64,000 nucleotides of DNA from an uncultured virus (IMG/VR IMGVR_UViG_3300034062_000589). Lineage: Duplodnaviria; Heunggongvirae; Uroviricota; Caudoviricetes. The notes under the pieces were generated by a model that was not told where the DNA came from, did no database searches, and saw only the letters and a list, made by a program, of their open reading frames with translations. The position numbers were made by a program, and so were the translations under genes. The first letter of the stretch is position 1, and each line of letters begins with the position of its first letter. Positions 1-9,149 of this stretch are shown in pieces. The stretch lies in IMG/VR virus record IMGVR_UViG_3300034062_000589; one strand, written 5' to 3'.

Positions 1-415
1 CGTTATTGCCCACAACGACTTGAGACACGGCGCTGATAACCAGACCAGTGGTATTAATGGTGTTGCCAACCGAAACAGCTTTGTAAAGCTGGTCGGGATC
101 ATCCGCAACGTACGCATACGCATCTGTTACACCAGACGCAAAACCGGGCCAAAACTGGCTGAAGGTCTTTTGCTTGGTCACAGGGTTAGTATAAGTACAG
201 CCGAGGAATACACCAACGACGCCAGCAACCGGAGTTGCGTCCGTATCCAGCGTCGAGATGATGATTGTGCTGTTTGCTTGACTCAGTTGAACTACGTCAC
301 CGTAATAAATAGGGGTGTTGTAGTTAATAAAGCCATTACCGTTACCGGGGGTAGCAGTGATAGGCAACTGACGTGTCGCACCAGCGAAGACCTGACCACC
401 GATCAAATTGATCGG
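1..415. repeat. Terminal overlap (circular permutation), copy 1; matches 63586-64000
   Basis: First 127 nt identical, then 29 mismatches over the next 288 nt by manual alignment. Confidence 0.95.
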
Positions 416-454
416 CTTTAGCCCGTAAGGGGCGTCAATCGTAGGATAAGCCAT
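1..454 (-). CDS. Conserved virion protein (minor capsid/decoration-like), 5' part; the same gene is seen again at 63386-64000
   Basis: Not in the ORF track. ATG at 454 with GGAG RBS reads MAYPTIDAPYGLKPINLIGGQVFAGATRQLPITATPG and runs off the window edge. Lies just upstream of the capsid gene in the circular order. Confidence 0.8.
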   Translation of the reverse strand, partial: MAYPTIDAPYGLKPINLIGGQVFAGATRQLPITATPGNGNGFINYNTPIYYGDVVQLSQANSTIIISTLDTDATPVAGVVGVFLGCTYTNPVTKQKTFSQFWPGFASGVTDAYAYVADDPDQLYKAVSVGNTINTTGLVISAVSQVVVGNN

Positions 455-471
455 GATTAAACTCCAAAAAA

Positions 472-924
472 TTATTTTCCAGAGCCAAAGGACGTTGACG
501 ACTTCTTCTCACTGAAGATAGGCATACGCGGATCGCTTTGGCGCATGAGGTTGTTGTCTACAGCAGTCATCTGGTCGTTTGCTTGTTTCTGGTAATGCGC
601 ATTGCGCTGTTCCACAAACTCAGCCGGAGTCTTGCACAACATCAACCCACCAATCACAACGGTGTCTTTACTAGCGCCGTCGGAGTCTAAATGCAAATGC
701 AGTTCAGGATGATCGGATGCCTTTACGGGCTCCCAACCCTCACGTCGTTTAGCAGAGAGATTAATAGGGTCTGGCGAGTTCAGTGTTGCAACACGAACCC
801 AACGAAACGCAAAACCCGGTTCAGGATTTGGCGTAGGCAAAAGTTCGGGGGGTGCCCACGATGCCTTACGTTGACCTTTAGCGCGGTTTTCGAGCTCACG
901 GCTCAAACGTGTTTCAGTAACCAT
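472..924 (-). CDS. Conserved head-module protein
   Basis: 150 aa ORF coupled to the scaffold-like gene; WAPP...FRWVR...REGWEPV motif typical of this phage group. Confidence 0.75.
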   Translation of the reverse strand: MVTETRLSRELENRAKGQRKASWAPPELLPTPNPEPGFAFRWVRVATLNSPDPINLSAKRREGWEPVKASDHPELHLHLDSDGASKDTVVIGGLMLCKTPAEFVEQRNAHYQKQANDQMTAVDNNLMRQSDPRMPIFSEKKSSTSFGSGK

Positions 925-1925
925 TATCTATTCTCCTGTTGTTCAGCAACCTTTTTGGCGTAAAGTTCCAGAGGTACACCTAAACGTTTCGCTATTGCTA
1001 CTTGCGAAGCACTTAACTTTACCTTCTTGGGCGACGTGCTACGTGTAGCTGGTGCTACAACGGTAGACGGTTTGGCACGGGGTGCAGCCTGCTGAGCGGG
1101 CTCTTCCTCGGGATCGTCCTGATCTTCTTGGCTCCTGAAATAATCAGGGAAGGTGTTACGCAGACGGCTATCAAGCTTCTGATAATACTCATCTGTTCCT
1201 GCATAATTTTGCCCGTACTGTTTAACAAGGGCGGAGTGCACGCCAAGGGCGGTCGCGCTCATTACAGTATGGTCTTCATTACTTTCGTCCCCGTACCAAG
1301 GATTTGCAGACATCCACTGCTGGAGTCGGTCGTTGGCAGGTTGGGTCCTTTGTTGCGGACTATACTCGGGTTTTTCCTGTACTTCAATAGGTCTAAGGTT
1401 TTCGGCCTTGTCAAGCTTTAGCGTTGCTGAAGCAATCTTAGCCTGAGCGTCTGCCACGGCATCAACATCACCCTGCTCGTAAGCATCTTTATAGTGCTTC
1501 TTGGCCTGTTCCAGCTCAAGCTGCGCAGCCGATTTACCCTGCTCAATAAATATCTTGGAGCCTTCAGCCAACCGCTGTTGCAGCAGTTTGTTCTCTTCAA
1601 AGACCTGCCGGGCGAAGTCTTCAGCAGCCTGACGCTCACGCAATGCCTCTTCTTTAGCACGGCGCTCGTCGTGATAGCCCTTTGTAAACTTTTTCAGCCG
1701 CTTCTGGACTTTTTCGTCATACGTTTTAAGCTCGTCGTCCGTAACTTCTTCGGGCGGCTCGTCCATTGGCTTGCGGCCACGGTCCTGTACTGGGGTGTCG
1801 TCTACGATCTCAAGGTCAAACTCTGAGTCGTCTGCCGCTGCTTTGTTAACTTTTTCCTCGGGTGGGGTCTTAGTACCTACCTCATCCGGGAACTCAAATT
1901 CCGTCAGTTCCATCTTGTTAGCCAT
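924..1925 (-). CDS. Putative capsid scaffolding protein
   Basis: Acidic coiled-coil 333 aa protein ending KLSASQVAIAKRLGVPLELYAK; lies between portal and capsid; AAGGAG RBS. Confidence 0.65.
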   Translation of the reverse strand: MANKMELTEFEFPDEVGTKTPPEEKVNKAAADDSEFDLEIVDDTPVQDRGRKPMDEPPEEVTDDELKTYDEKVQKRLKKFTKGYHDERRAKEEALRERQAAEDFARQVFEENKLLQQRLAEGSKIFIEQGKSAAQLELEQAKKHYKDAYEQGDVDAVADAQAKIASATLKLDKAENLRPIEVQEKPEYSPQQRTQPANDRLQQWMSANPWYGDESNEDHTVMSATALGVHSALVKQYGQNYAGTDEYYQKLDSRLRNTFPDYFRSQEDQDDPEEEPAQQAAPRAKPSTVVAPATRSTSPKKVKLSASQVAIAKRLGVPLELYAKKVAEQQENR

Positions 1926-1935
1926 TGACTACTCC

Positions 1936-2340
1936 TTAAGCACGTGTGATACCACGGGGGTCTTGGACAACTGCCTCAACCGTATCGTCGTTAATCAGTC
2001 GGAACTCCCGACCGTGAATCTTCAAACGGGTGCCTGAATTGGGGCGGGCCAGAACGAAGTCGCCTTCTTTACACCAAGGACCGGTAGGAAACTTCTCCGA
2101 ATCCTTATAGCAATCTGGACCCAGCTTAACCACAAAGAATACTGTTGCCAGTACTTCCTCAAACCGACGGGTCTCGTCAGCCTTAATCAGGCCGCTGTCA
2201 TACGTTTCTTCTGCTTCAGGAAGGGCCACAAGGATGTGGTATCCCGAGGGTTCAGGCAGTTGCTTCGCTTTCTCCTCTGCGGTTTTGTCCATGATTGCGG
2301 ACAGGTCTACAGCTTGAGATAAGTCAACAGCACTATTCAT
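1936..2340 (-). CDS. groES: Co-chaperonin GroES (Cpn10)
   Basis: HILV..EAEETYDSGLI, VVKLGPDCY, GDFVL and FRLINDDTVEAVV match the Cpn10 pattern. Confidence 0.85.
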   Translation of the reverse strand: MNSAVDLSQAVDLSAIMDKTAEEKAKQLPEPSGYHILVALPEAEETYDSGLIKADETRRFEEVLATVFFVVKLGPDCYKDSEKFPTGPWCKEGDFVLARPNSGTRLKIHGREFRLINDDTVEAVVQDPRGITRA

Positions 2341-2530
2341 CAGATTTCTCCAGTCTATGCACGAGGTCTTCTAAGATTTCCGTAGCCAGTGCTAGACCCC
2401 GGATGACTCCGGCTACGTTTTTATACTCTTCCATGCTGTTTGCTTTGCCTTCGGCAAGAAACTCAATGCGTGACTTTTGCTCTTCGGTGAACTTAGTTTT
2501 TAAGTACCCAAGGACGGTTTCCTCTTTCAT
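2333..2530 (-). CDS. Small conserved protein between portal and GroES
   Basis: 65 aa, coupled ORF with EEYKNVAGVIRGL motif. Confidence 0.75.
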   Translation of the reverse strand: MKEETVLGYLKTKFTEEQKSRIEFLAEGKANSMEEYKNVAGVIRGLALATEILEDLVHRLEKSDE

Positions 2531-5014
2531 TTACTTTTTCTCCTTTGGCCTTTGCGCCGCTGGTTGTTGTGCACGACGATCATCCCGTCGGTCTTTAGCT
2601 GCTTGCATTCCAATCTTCACACCTTCTGCTTGCATGCGGGCGTTCAACTCATTTCTAGAGTGCGTAGCCTTTGCACCTACCTGCATGCCAGCGATCTTCT
2701 CTTGTGTTGCGATGCGGGCCTGCTCCACTTGTAACTGCTGCTGTTTAAGCTGTGCATCAACCATGTCTTTCTGCATCTTGCGCTGAATCTCCTGCTGTTT
2801 AAGCTGAAGCTCTTGCATCTGCATCTGAACGACTGGGTCTTGCGCGGCTTCCTGTGCTTGCTGCTGTGCTGCTTCCTGCTGGTGTTGCATGAGGAGGCGT
2901 TGTGCTGCTTGGGCTGACATCTGTGCAACTTGTGCTGCGATCTCCGGAGGCATAGTTTTGTTCTGCTCTTCGGTTGGCAACGTAACACCCAGAGCCTTCT
3001 CGATGTCTTTGCGGTATTGGAAGCCCAAGTGCTCACTAATATGTGCCATACCTGCGGCCATCATTGCTTCTGCCATCGGGTTACCCTGCATCATCTGTTG
3101 CAACTTAGGGTCCTGAATAGCTGCCATGTGTACAGCGATGTGAGCCTCGTGGTCCTGTTCGATAAACGCTTTGACGGGTTTACCCTTCAGGATGTTTTGG
3201 TTCTCTGTGATGGGGTCAACCGGTGATTGGTCATCTTCTGTCGGCACGAGCTTAGCTGCGTTCTTCACACCCAACACCTCAATCATCTGGCGGTGCAGTA
3301 GTGGTAAGTCATACAGTTGTGGTGCTTGTTGAGCCAGTTGAATCACCGCTTGGTACTGCACAATCTTCTGCGCCATAGTGGCCGCGTTTGGATCGGATAC
3401 AGGGATGATGTCTACTTGGTCGTAGTCGCTACGCTTAACTGCACGAGAGCCGTCCATCGGTTGATAGTCGTACTCTGCTGGTGTGTAGTCAGCAATGATG
3501 GACTTCAACAACTTAAACTCGATACGCATTGCGTAGTGCAGTCGTGCTTGCACCGCTGTGCTGATCTTCAACGTACGCTCAAGAATAGCAAGTGTAGTAC
3601 CCACTGGAGCTTGGGTGCTCATGTCGCTGACGTTAATATCACCAGCGGAGGCGAAGCTACGGCCTTCTTGGATGATCATCTGCAACAAGCTATAGAGAGT
3701 CTGGCTTGGCTCTTTATATGGCAGCGGAAGGATGTTGTCGCGTATGGTGCCTGACGCCACATCCACATCACGGAACTCGCCCGGAGCAATAGGTGTATCG
3801 TCGCCCTTAATACGCAAGCCTTTGGACTTCATACCGCCCGGCAGGTTAGACAGTGTGCCCGCATCCACCAGTTGACGCATGATGGACGTAGCAGCTTTCG
3901 CGTAGCCACCGATCAGATGGATAAAGCCGAATCCATAAAATCCAAATCCGGGGACGTAGACATAGTGGACAAAGTGGTTGCGCTTTAACTTCAGCACGTC
4001 ATCCTCGTACCAGTTCCGACGGATAGCCAGAATAGTACCGGTGCCCTTCTCTATAGTGACGACGTATGGCAGAGCGATGCCTGTAGGTTCACCGTCTTTA
4101 TCTGTGTCCTCAAAGCCTTCCAAGTCCAACTCGACGTGCATCTCCAAGAGACGGAACCGGTCATCTATGTTGCCTGTGTAGCCCTGCTCGCGTTCTTTCT
4201 CTTTCTCAATGTCGTCCAGCGTGTTCTGTGGCTCACCCAACTCCACGTCACGATAGAAGCCAGCGACTTGCAACTTTCTTACCTCGTTGGGAGTCTTGCG
4301 CATCACATGGGTCACGCGCCCTGCTGTCTCCAGACTTGCCGCACCGTAAGGCACAACCATGTCTTCAGCCGGAATAAACATTGCGACTTGGCGTCCCAGT
4401 GCTGGGTCGTAGTACACCTTCTTAAACGCAGAACCCGCCAACGGCAGAGAGAACAGCATCTTCTCGTGCTCAGGGCGATACTCCACCATCTCTTCAGTTA
4501 GCTTGTAGTTCATGTCTTCACGAACCCGCGCCGCTGCCTCTTCCTTCATCTTGTCGATTGCGCCGACGATCTGAGTCTTAACAGGACCCATGGCTGGGAA
4601 CGTCTCAACGATAGCCTCGGACTGGAACCGCACCACTGCTTCAGTTAGCATCGGGTGGAACACACCACATGCGCCAGACCACGGCTCGCTACGCTCTTCT
4701 GTTTTTAGACCCAGCAGCTTCAAGCCTTTGACGTAGGAGTCAACCCAGTCTTTGCGGGAGTCTTGGTCAGAAGTGAAGTCGGCAATAAGCTCGTCGCCCA
4801 AGCCTTGCAGCACTCCGTCATCCATAAACTCAGCGAGGTTGGCATCGAACGCATCTGCGCCTTCCTCTTCTTTCTCAATATCTATCTCCATGCCATCGGC
4901 ACGGATGCGGACCGCTTCAGGGTCTTCAATCTCAATTTCCAAGTCAGGTTCTGCCGCCGCTGCTTCAGCTATGCCGAGAGGCGCTGCGTACAGCCCTTTA
5001 TCTATGTCTGCCAT
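2531..5014 (-). CDS. Portal protein
   Basis: 827 aa, downstream of terminase; HPMLTEAVVRFQ, GSAFKKVYYD, GFYGFG; Gln-rich C-terminal coil as in P22-like portals. Confidence 0.85.
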   Translation of the reverse strand: MADIDKGLYAAPLGIAEAAAAEPDLEIEIEDPEAVRIRADGMEIDIEKEEEGADAFDANLAEFMDDGVLQGLGDELIADFTSDQDSRKDWVDSYVKGLKLLGLKTEERSEPWSGACGVFHPMLTEAVVRFQSEAIVETFPAMGPVKTQIVGAIDKMKEEAAARVREDMNYKLTEEMVEYRPEHEKMLFSLPLAGSAFKKVYYDPALGRQVAMFIPAEDMVVPYGAASLETAGRVTHVMRKTPNEVRKLQVAGFYRDVELGEPQNTLDDIEKEKEREQGYTGNIDDRFRLLEMHVELDLEGFEDTDKDGEPTGIALPYVVTIEKGTGTILAIRRNWYEDDVLKLKRNHFVHYVYVPGFGFYGFGFIHLIGGYAKAATSIMRQLVDAGTLSNLPGGMKSKGLRIKGDDTPIAPGEFRDVDVASGTIRDNILPLPYKEPSQTLYSLLQMIIQEGRSFASAGDINVSDMSTQAPVGTTLAILERTLKISTAVQARLHYAMRIEFKLLKSIIADYTPAEYDYQPMDGSRAVKRSDYDQVDIIPVSDPNAATMAQKIVQYQAVIQLAQQAPQLYDLPLLHRQMIEVLGVKNAAKLVPTEDDQSPVDPITENQNILKGKPVKAFIEQDHEAHIAVHMAAIQDPKLQQMMQGNPMAEAMMAAGMAHISEHLGFQYRKDIEKALGVTLPTEEQNKTMPPEIAAQVAQMSAQAAQRLLMQHQQEAAQQQAQEAAQDPVVQMQMQELQLKQQEIQRKMQKDMVDAQLKQQQLQVEQARIATQEKIAGMQVGAKATHSRNELNARMQAEGVKIGMQAAKDRRDDRRAQQPAAQRPKEKK

Positions 5015-5016
5015 GA

Positions 5017-5466
5017 TTATTCCTTAATTAAATTAGCTGTACCAACATCATTGTTGGCAGCGTCATGCCAGTCGTGCCCTACTGAAGTAGGAAGCACACC
5101 GTTCAACCATTTCTGTACCGATAGGAAGCATCCGCCACGCTCCCCAAACTTACCGCCATGCCAACTATCGGGAAGCACGCGAATACTCGCCCCTAAAACA
5201 TTTTGAGCATACTCCTCGCCGTTACAACGAAAAGCAATATCGCCCCCTACAAATACTTCAAAGCTATCCACGTTTGGGTGGATGTGGTCCTCGATAAAAG
5301 AGTCGGGCGGCATTATGAATAACTGCACTTGATACGGTGCCTGACGATACAACACAACACCATAGATAGCTCCGGCTTGTGTCACCGGGTCCTCTACGGG
5401 CGGGCTAAACGGGCGGGTGTTTTCCCACCACTGTTTAAACGCCAGCAAATCGTCATACGTATTCAT
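5017..5466 (-). CDS. Cupin-fold protein
   Basis: HIHPNVDSFE...WHG metal-binding cupin motifs. Confidence 0.65.
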   Translation of the reverse strand: MNTYDDLLAFKQWWENTRPFSPPVEDPVTQAGAIYGVVLYRQAPYQVQLFIMPPDSFIEDHIHPNVDSFEVFVGGDIAFRCNGEEYAQNVLGASIRVLPDSWHGGKFGERGGCFLSVQKWLNGVLPTSVGHDWHDAANNDVGTANLIKE

Positions 5467-6995
5467 ACGTTGTAGTAACCCGCGTTCTTATGTGACTTGA
5501 ACCACTTAATTTCTTCCGGCTCATCCGATGGTAGCCGTATGAAGCCCCCTGCACGGAACCTCATTAACGCAAGTGTCGTCGCATCAACTAAGTCATCATG
5601 CTCGCCGGAGGGGAAACTTGCTATCTCATCGACTAACTCCTCAGCCCAGCGAGTCTCTGGCACCCATACCTTGCCTGATGCTATTAAGTCCGACACCGAG
5701 TTCAACCTCGTTATCTTGTCATTGCCTTTGCTGGGTGTGTACTCCTGCACCGGTATACCCATCGCCCGGAACTCATATATAAGAGGCGCACCCGACGCCT
5801 TCTTCTCTATTAATACTCCATCCGGCTCCCACTCTTGGTAGTGCCGAAACGCCGTCTCCTTCAGCTCGATCCACTCCATGCGCTCTTTGAACGCATTTAA
5901 CAGAATGATGTTGGCCTGTCCGTGGTCCTCGTCGTTATAGAAGACGCCCCACGTAGTACACGCACTAAAGTCAGCCCGGCTGTTCTTCTCGAACGCAGTA
6001 TCCCACGTCTGAAGTATGTAGTCGCACTGCGGTGGGCGCTCATGAGGCCACGTTTTCCACCATTCCCGCTTCACAATTGCTGAGCTGTCCGATGTCGGCT
6101 GCTGCTGGTACTGCGCCATCCACTTACCGTTTGGCAGTTCCGTATGCAGAGCTTCAAGCTCGTCTTTACTCCAAAACTCAGGCCAGAGGGGATTTCCAGA
6201 CGGGAGAATCGCGGGAAACTCAATGACTTCCCATTCATCACCACCCCGTGAGGCACTGGATTTGATCACTTGACCTGTTAAGTCACGCAACGACCATCGG
6301 GTCATCACGATTACGATAGCCCCACCCGGCTGCAAACGCTGCCTCGGACCGGATGTATACCACTCGTAGACCTTATCGTAGATGTCTGGGTTTACTTGCG
6401 CAAGTGCAGCTTCCTGTTCTGAGTGCGGGTCGTCAATAATAAGCACGTCAGCGCCCTTACCGGTTACCGCACCGCCCACACCGATAGCGAAGTAGTCACC
6501 ACCCTTGCTGGTATTCCACCGTCCGGCTGCTTTTGAGTCCGCAGACAAGGTTAAGTTGGGGAAAATGTTCCGGTAAACCTCAGAATCCACCAAATTTCGC
6601 ACTTTTCGACCAAAACCCACGGCCAATTCCGCTGTGTGCGACGCCTGAATCACTTTTTTGTGAGGAAACTTGCCCAAAAACCATGCTGGCAGCAGGTATG
6701 AGGCGAATTCTGACTTGGTATGCCGTGGTGGCATGTTGATGATGAGTCGTTTGCACTCTCCCCGAGCCACTCTTTCAAACGCTTCAGCCATGCGAGCATG
6801 ATGTCTCCCTGCAATAAAGGTAGGCCAGACCCCTTCGACGAACTTAAGGAACCTATCTTGCTGCAACTCCTTAACCTTCATCGACTCCAAAGTGTCCAAC
6901 TCAAACAACACCTGCCGCATCTCCTGTTCAGTCAGGGTAGGCAGCACCTTTAAGAGGTCAGTTAGGGCAACAGCGTTAGTTTGGCTCGTCGTCAT
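5463..6995 (-). CDS. terL: Terminase large subunit
   Basis: Walker A PPRHTKS, Walker B LIIDD, MTRW motif, C-terminal nuclease HDDLVDA; start could be 6995 or 7013. Confidence 0.95.
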   Translation of the reverse strand: MTTSQTNAVALTDLLKVLPTLTEQEMRQVLFELDTLESMKVKELQQDRFLKFVEGVWPTFIAGRHHARMAEAFERVARGECKRLIINMPPRHTKSEFASYLLPAWFLGKFPHKKVIQASHTAELAVGFGRKVRNLVDSEVYRNIFPNLTLSADSKAAGRWNTSKGGDYFAIGVGGAVTGKGADVLIIDDPHSEQEAALAQVNPDIYDKVYEWYTSGPRQRLQPGGAIVIVMTRWSLRDLTGQVIKSSASRGGDEWEVIEFPAILPSGNPLWPEFWSKDELEALHTELPNGKWMAQYQQQPTSDSSAIVKREWWKTWPHERPPQCDYILQTWDTAFEKNSRADFSACTTWGVFYNDEDHGQANIILLNAFKERMEWIELKETAFRHYQEWEPDGVLIEKKASGAPLIYEFRAMGIPVQEYTPSKGNDKITRLNSVSDLIASGKVWVPETRWAEELVDEIASFPSGEHDDLVDATTLALMRFRAGGFIRLPSDEPEEIKWFKSHKNAGYYNV

Positions 6996-7602
6996 CCTCT
7001 TCCTTGTCCTCAAAGAAGGTGTCTAACAGCGGGGTCTCGCTTGGTTCTGGCTCAGCAATACCTAGCTCTACGTCTAAGCTATCTGTAATGGGGGTCACGT
7101 CGATGACGTTGGAGTTCAGCAGGCGTTTGATGCGCTCTTTAATAGCATCTTCCAGCGAGTCCGAGGTCTTGTGGTTAATAGTGATCTCGCTGCGCTCAGT
7201 AAAGATACCCACATCACTGTGTTTACCCAGCAATTCCAAGGCTTTTAGCTCGTAGCGGGGGTCGCCGCAGTTGGCGATTTCCATCAGTTTGGCCGTAATA
7301 GCGCTTCGCACCTCGTTGGCATCGGCTGCAACTTGGTTGGCATACGACTTCAAGAACATAGCGGCGGCGCTTGCCGTACTGGGATTTTTTAGCGCACGCG
7401 ATGCGGTGCTGCGGCTGTGATGCTCTGTTAGGTTTTTGAAGGCGTCGATGTCGTCTGGACTTACTTCAATAGTCGCACCCAGTTGGGAGAGTAGGTCTGC
7501 GGTGTTGGCAGCGACGGTTACCTCGTCCTTGAAAGTAGCAGGACGTTCTGGGCTCGTGTCGTAAGGGACCGGGAAGTCCTTAGTGGGTTCCAGATTAATC
7601 AT
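6976..7602 (-). CDS. Putative terminase small subunit
   Basis: Directly upstream of terL; LKALELLGK motif typical of TerS. Confidence 0.65.
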   Translation of the reverse strand: MINLEPTKDFPVPYDTSPERPATFKDEVTVAANTADLLSQLGATIEVSPDDIDAFKNLTEHHSRSTASRALKNPSTASAAAMFLKSYANQVAADANEVRSAITAKLMEIANCGDPRYELKALELLGKHSDVGIFTERSEITINHKTSDSLEDAIKERIKRLLNSNVIDVTPITDSLDVELGIAEPEPSETPLLDTFFEDKEEDDDEPN

Positions 7603-7630
7603 TTTGCACCGTGAGACGGGGATGGGCGCA

Positions 7631-7659
7631 GTTATATCAGAGGGGTGCCGTTATGTAAA
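7631..7659 (-). promoter_or_regulatory. Sigma70-like promoter for the packaging/structural arm
   Basis: Minus strand TTTACA-17 bp-TATAAC with TG extension, about 30 nt upstream of the TerS start. Confidence 0.5.
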
Positions 7660-8011
7660 GAAAAAATATACCCCCCGTGGGGTCGCGAAATAAAAAGTGA
7701 CGTGGGGGGTCTCGCAGATGAAGTAAAAATAAACGTAGTCTAGAAAGCGAAGGGGGTGGGGGTAATGTTGCTAATTTAGTAATAGAGTTGTGAAGTGAAG
7801 TATCGGTTGTGCAAACTAGTGTGTATGTAGCTGGTAGGAGTCTCAAGCTGTACAGTCGGGTGGTGGGGGTGTCGTTGCCAGTTTGATACTAACAATGTTA
7901 GGCTTATTTTCGCTTACAAAAAACAATGCGAATTTAATCTAATCGTGTTACATTTAAATCACTGAAACGGCGCAACATTGTTTCGGTACTCTTAACTACT
8001 TAACTCTAAGG

Positions 8012-8578
8012 ATGATCAAAATGGAAAACGTCAAGAATGTAAGCACCGCCCCCGCCCCTGTCGCAGTAGCAATTCCGCTGAGCGTGATCGAAGCACGCAA
8101 CGCTCTCGTCAAGGCTGAGACTAAATCGTACGGCGCGCGCATCACTTACGCTGTCGAGTTGAATAGCATGGCCGGTTCCGCTTGGTATCGTGACGGCGCG
8201 GAAAAGGTTGTCAGCATCGAGGCGGAGAAAGCTAACCTGTACGCGGCATTGAAGAAAGTTGGGCATAGTAACCCGTCGAAGGTATGGGGCGACATTAAGA
8301 AATACGCATTGATTGATGCGCAGGAAAAGGGTTTATTCGGCGAGACTAAGCCCGTCGATGGCGAAGGCGAAGGCGAAGGCGAATCAACCGGCGGAGCAAA
8401 TGCAAATGCACCGCGCCCGCTGCAGCTTCGCTTAGTCGAGGAATTGACTGCTCTTTATAAAGTGTGTGACAAGGAAAAAGCGTTTCTTACTGATCAGCAA
8501 AAGGCAGCATCGCTCTGCATCACGAAAGCGCTGGAATCGTTGGGCGTTAATCTCGGCCTGATCAAAACCGGCAAATAA
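8012..8578 (+). CDS. First gene of the early arm, unknown function
   Basis: 188 aa ORF with TAAGGA RBS, followed by a GAAA-loop hairpin. Confidence 0.8.
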   Translation: MIKMENVKNVSTAPAPVAVAIPLSVIEARNALVKAETKSYGARITYAVELNSMAGSAWYRDGAEKVVSIEAEKANLYAALKKVGHSNPSKVWGDIKKYALIDAQEKGLFGETKPVDGEGEGEGESTGGANANAPRPLQLRLVEELTALYKVCDKEKAFLTDQQKAASLCITKALESLGVNLGLIKTGK

Positions 8579-8585
8579 TCAACGA

Positions 8586-8603
8586 GCGGGGCGAAAGCCC
8601 CGC
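8586..8603 (+). other. GC-rich hairpin GCGGGGC-GAAA-GCCCCGC
   Basis: 7-bp stem with GNRA loop and no U-tract; abuts the palindrome copy at 8604. Confidence 0.6.
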
Positions 8604-8624
8604 CTAACAATGTTAGGTTATCAA

Positions 8625-8708
8625 ATGAAAAACTACGGATTTGAAATTCTCGCCACAATCTACTGCGCCGTGATGCTGTACTGCGCCGTCCTGATGATGA
8701 TTATTTAA
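8625..8708 (+). CDS. 27-aa hydrophobic peptide
   Basis: MKNYGFEILATIYCAVMLYCAVLMMII; below the ORF-track cutoff. Confidence 0.5.
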   Translation: MKNYGFEILATIYCAVMLYCAVLMMII

Positions 8709-8726
8709 CCCAGCCCCGCTTAACCC

Positions 8727-8750
8727 AGCCCCGCTTCGGCGGGGTTTTTT
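8727..8750 (+). terminator. Rho-independent terminator
   Basis: AGCCCCGC-TTCG-GCGGGGTT followed by TTTT; overlaps a 15-bp tandem duplication TTAACCCAGCCCCGC (8705-8734). Confidence 0.85.
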
Positions 8751-8754
8751 GCGT

Positions 8755-9111
8755 TTAGTCGCCCCAATCTTCCGCAGCTTTTTGCATATCCACTTTGATC
8801 GACGGTTTTATTGGTGATAGTTCTCGGGGTCGCTCGGTGGTCTGGTTTTTATCACGTAGCCAAGATTCGCGGGCCTCACGGTCTACCTCGGCATCAAGTG
8901 CAGCTTGCTCAGCAGGTGATAGTTTTCGGGGTCGCTCGGTGGTGCTAACAATGTTAGGCGTGGGCTTCGCAGCGGGTATGTTGTTGCGTTCTGCGTAGTC
9001 AAGCAGCGCTAAGCGTACAATCGCGGACACTGAAATTTCCCTGCTTTTTGCGTAGTCGGCGATTCGCTGGTGTAACGATGCGGAAAGCTCAATAGTTACC
9101 TTAGTTTTCAT
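8755..9111 (-). CDS. Ribbon-helix-helix (CopG/Arc-like) DNA-binding protein
   Basis: N-terminal KTKVTIELSASLHQRIADYAKSREISVSAIVRLALLDY has the beta-alpha-alpha RHH pattern; GAGG RBS. Confidence 0.75.
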   Translation of the reverse strand: MKTKVTIELSASLHQRIADYAKSREISVSAIVRLALLDYAERNNIPAAKPTPNIVSTTERPRKLSPAEQAALDAEVDREARESWLRDKNQTTERPRELSPIKPSIKVDMQKAAEDWGD

Positions 9112-9132
9112 GGTGAACCTCTTAGTGAGTGA

Positions 9133-9149
9133 GCTGGTATTATACCAGC
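9133..9149. promoter_or_regulatory. Inverted repeat overlapping a minus-strand TATAAT upstream of the RHH gene
   Basis: GCTGGTA-TTA-TACCAGC; ATTATA at 9139-9144. Confidence 0.5.

Noticed and set aside
1..415. Diverged end copies as a diversity-generating retroelement TR/VR pair
   Set aside because: Differences are mostly synonymous and not adenine-specific, and no reverse transcriptase is present
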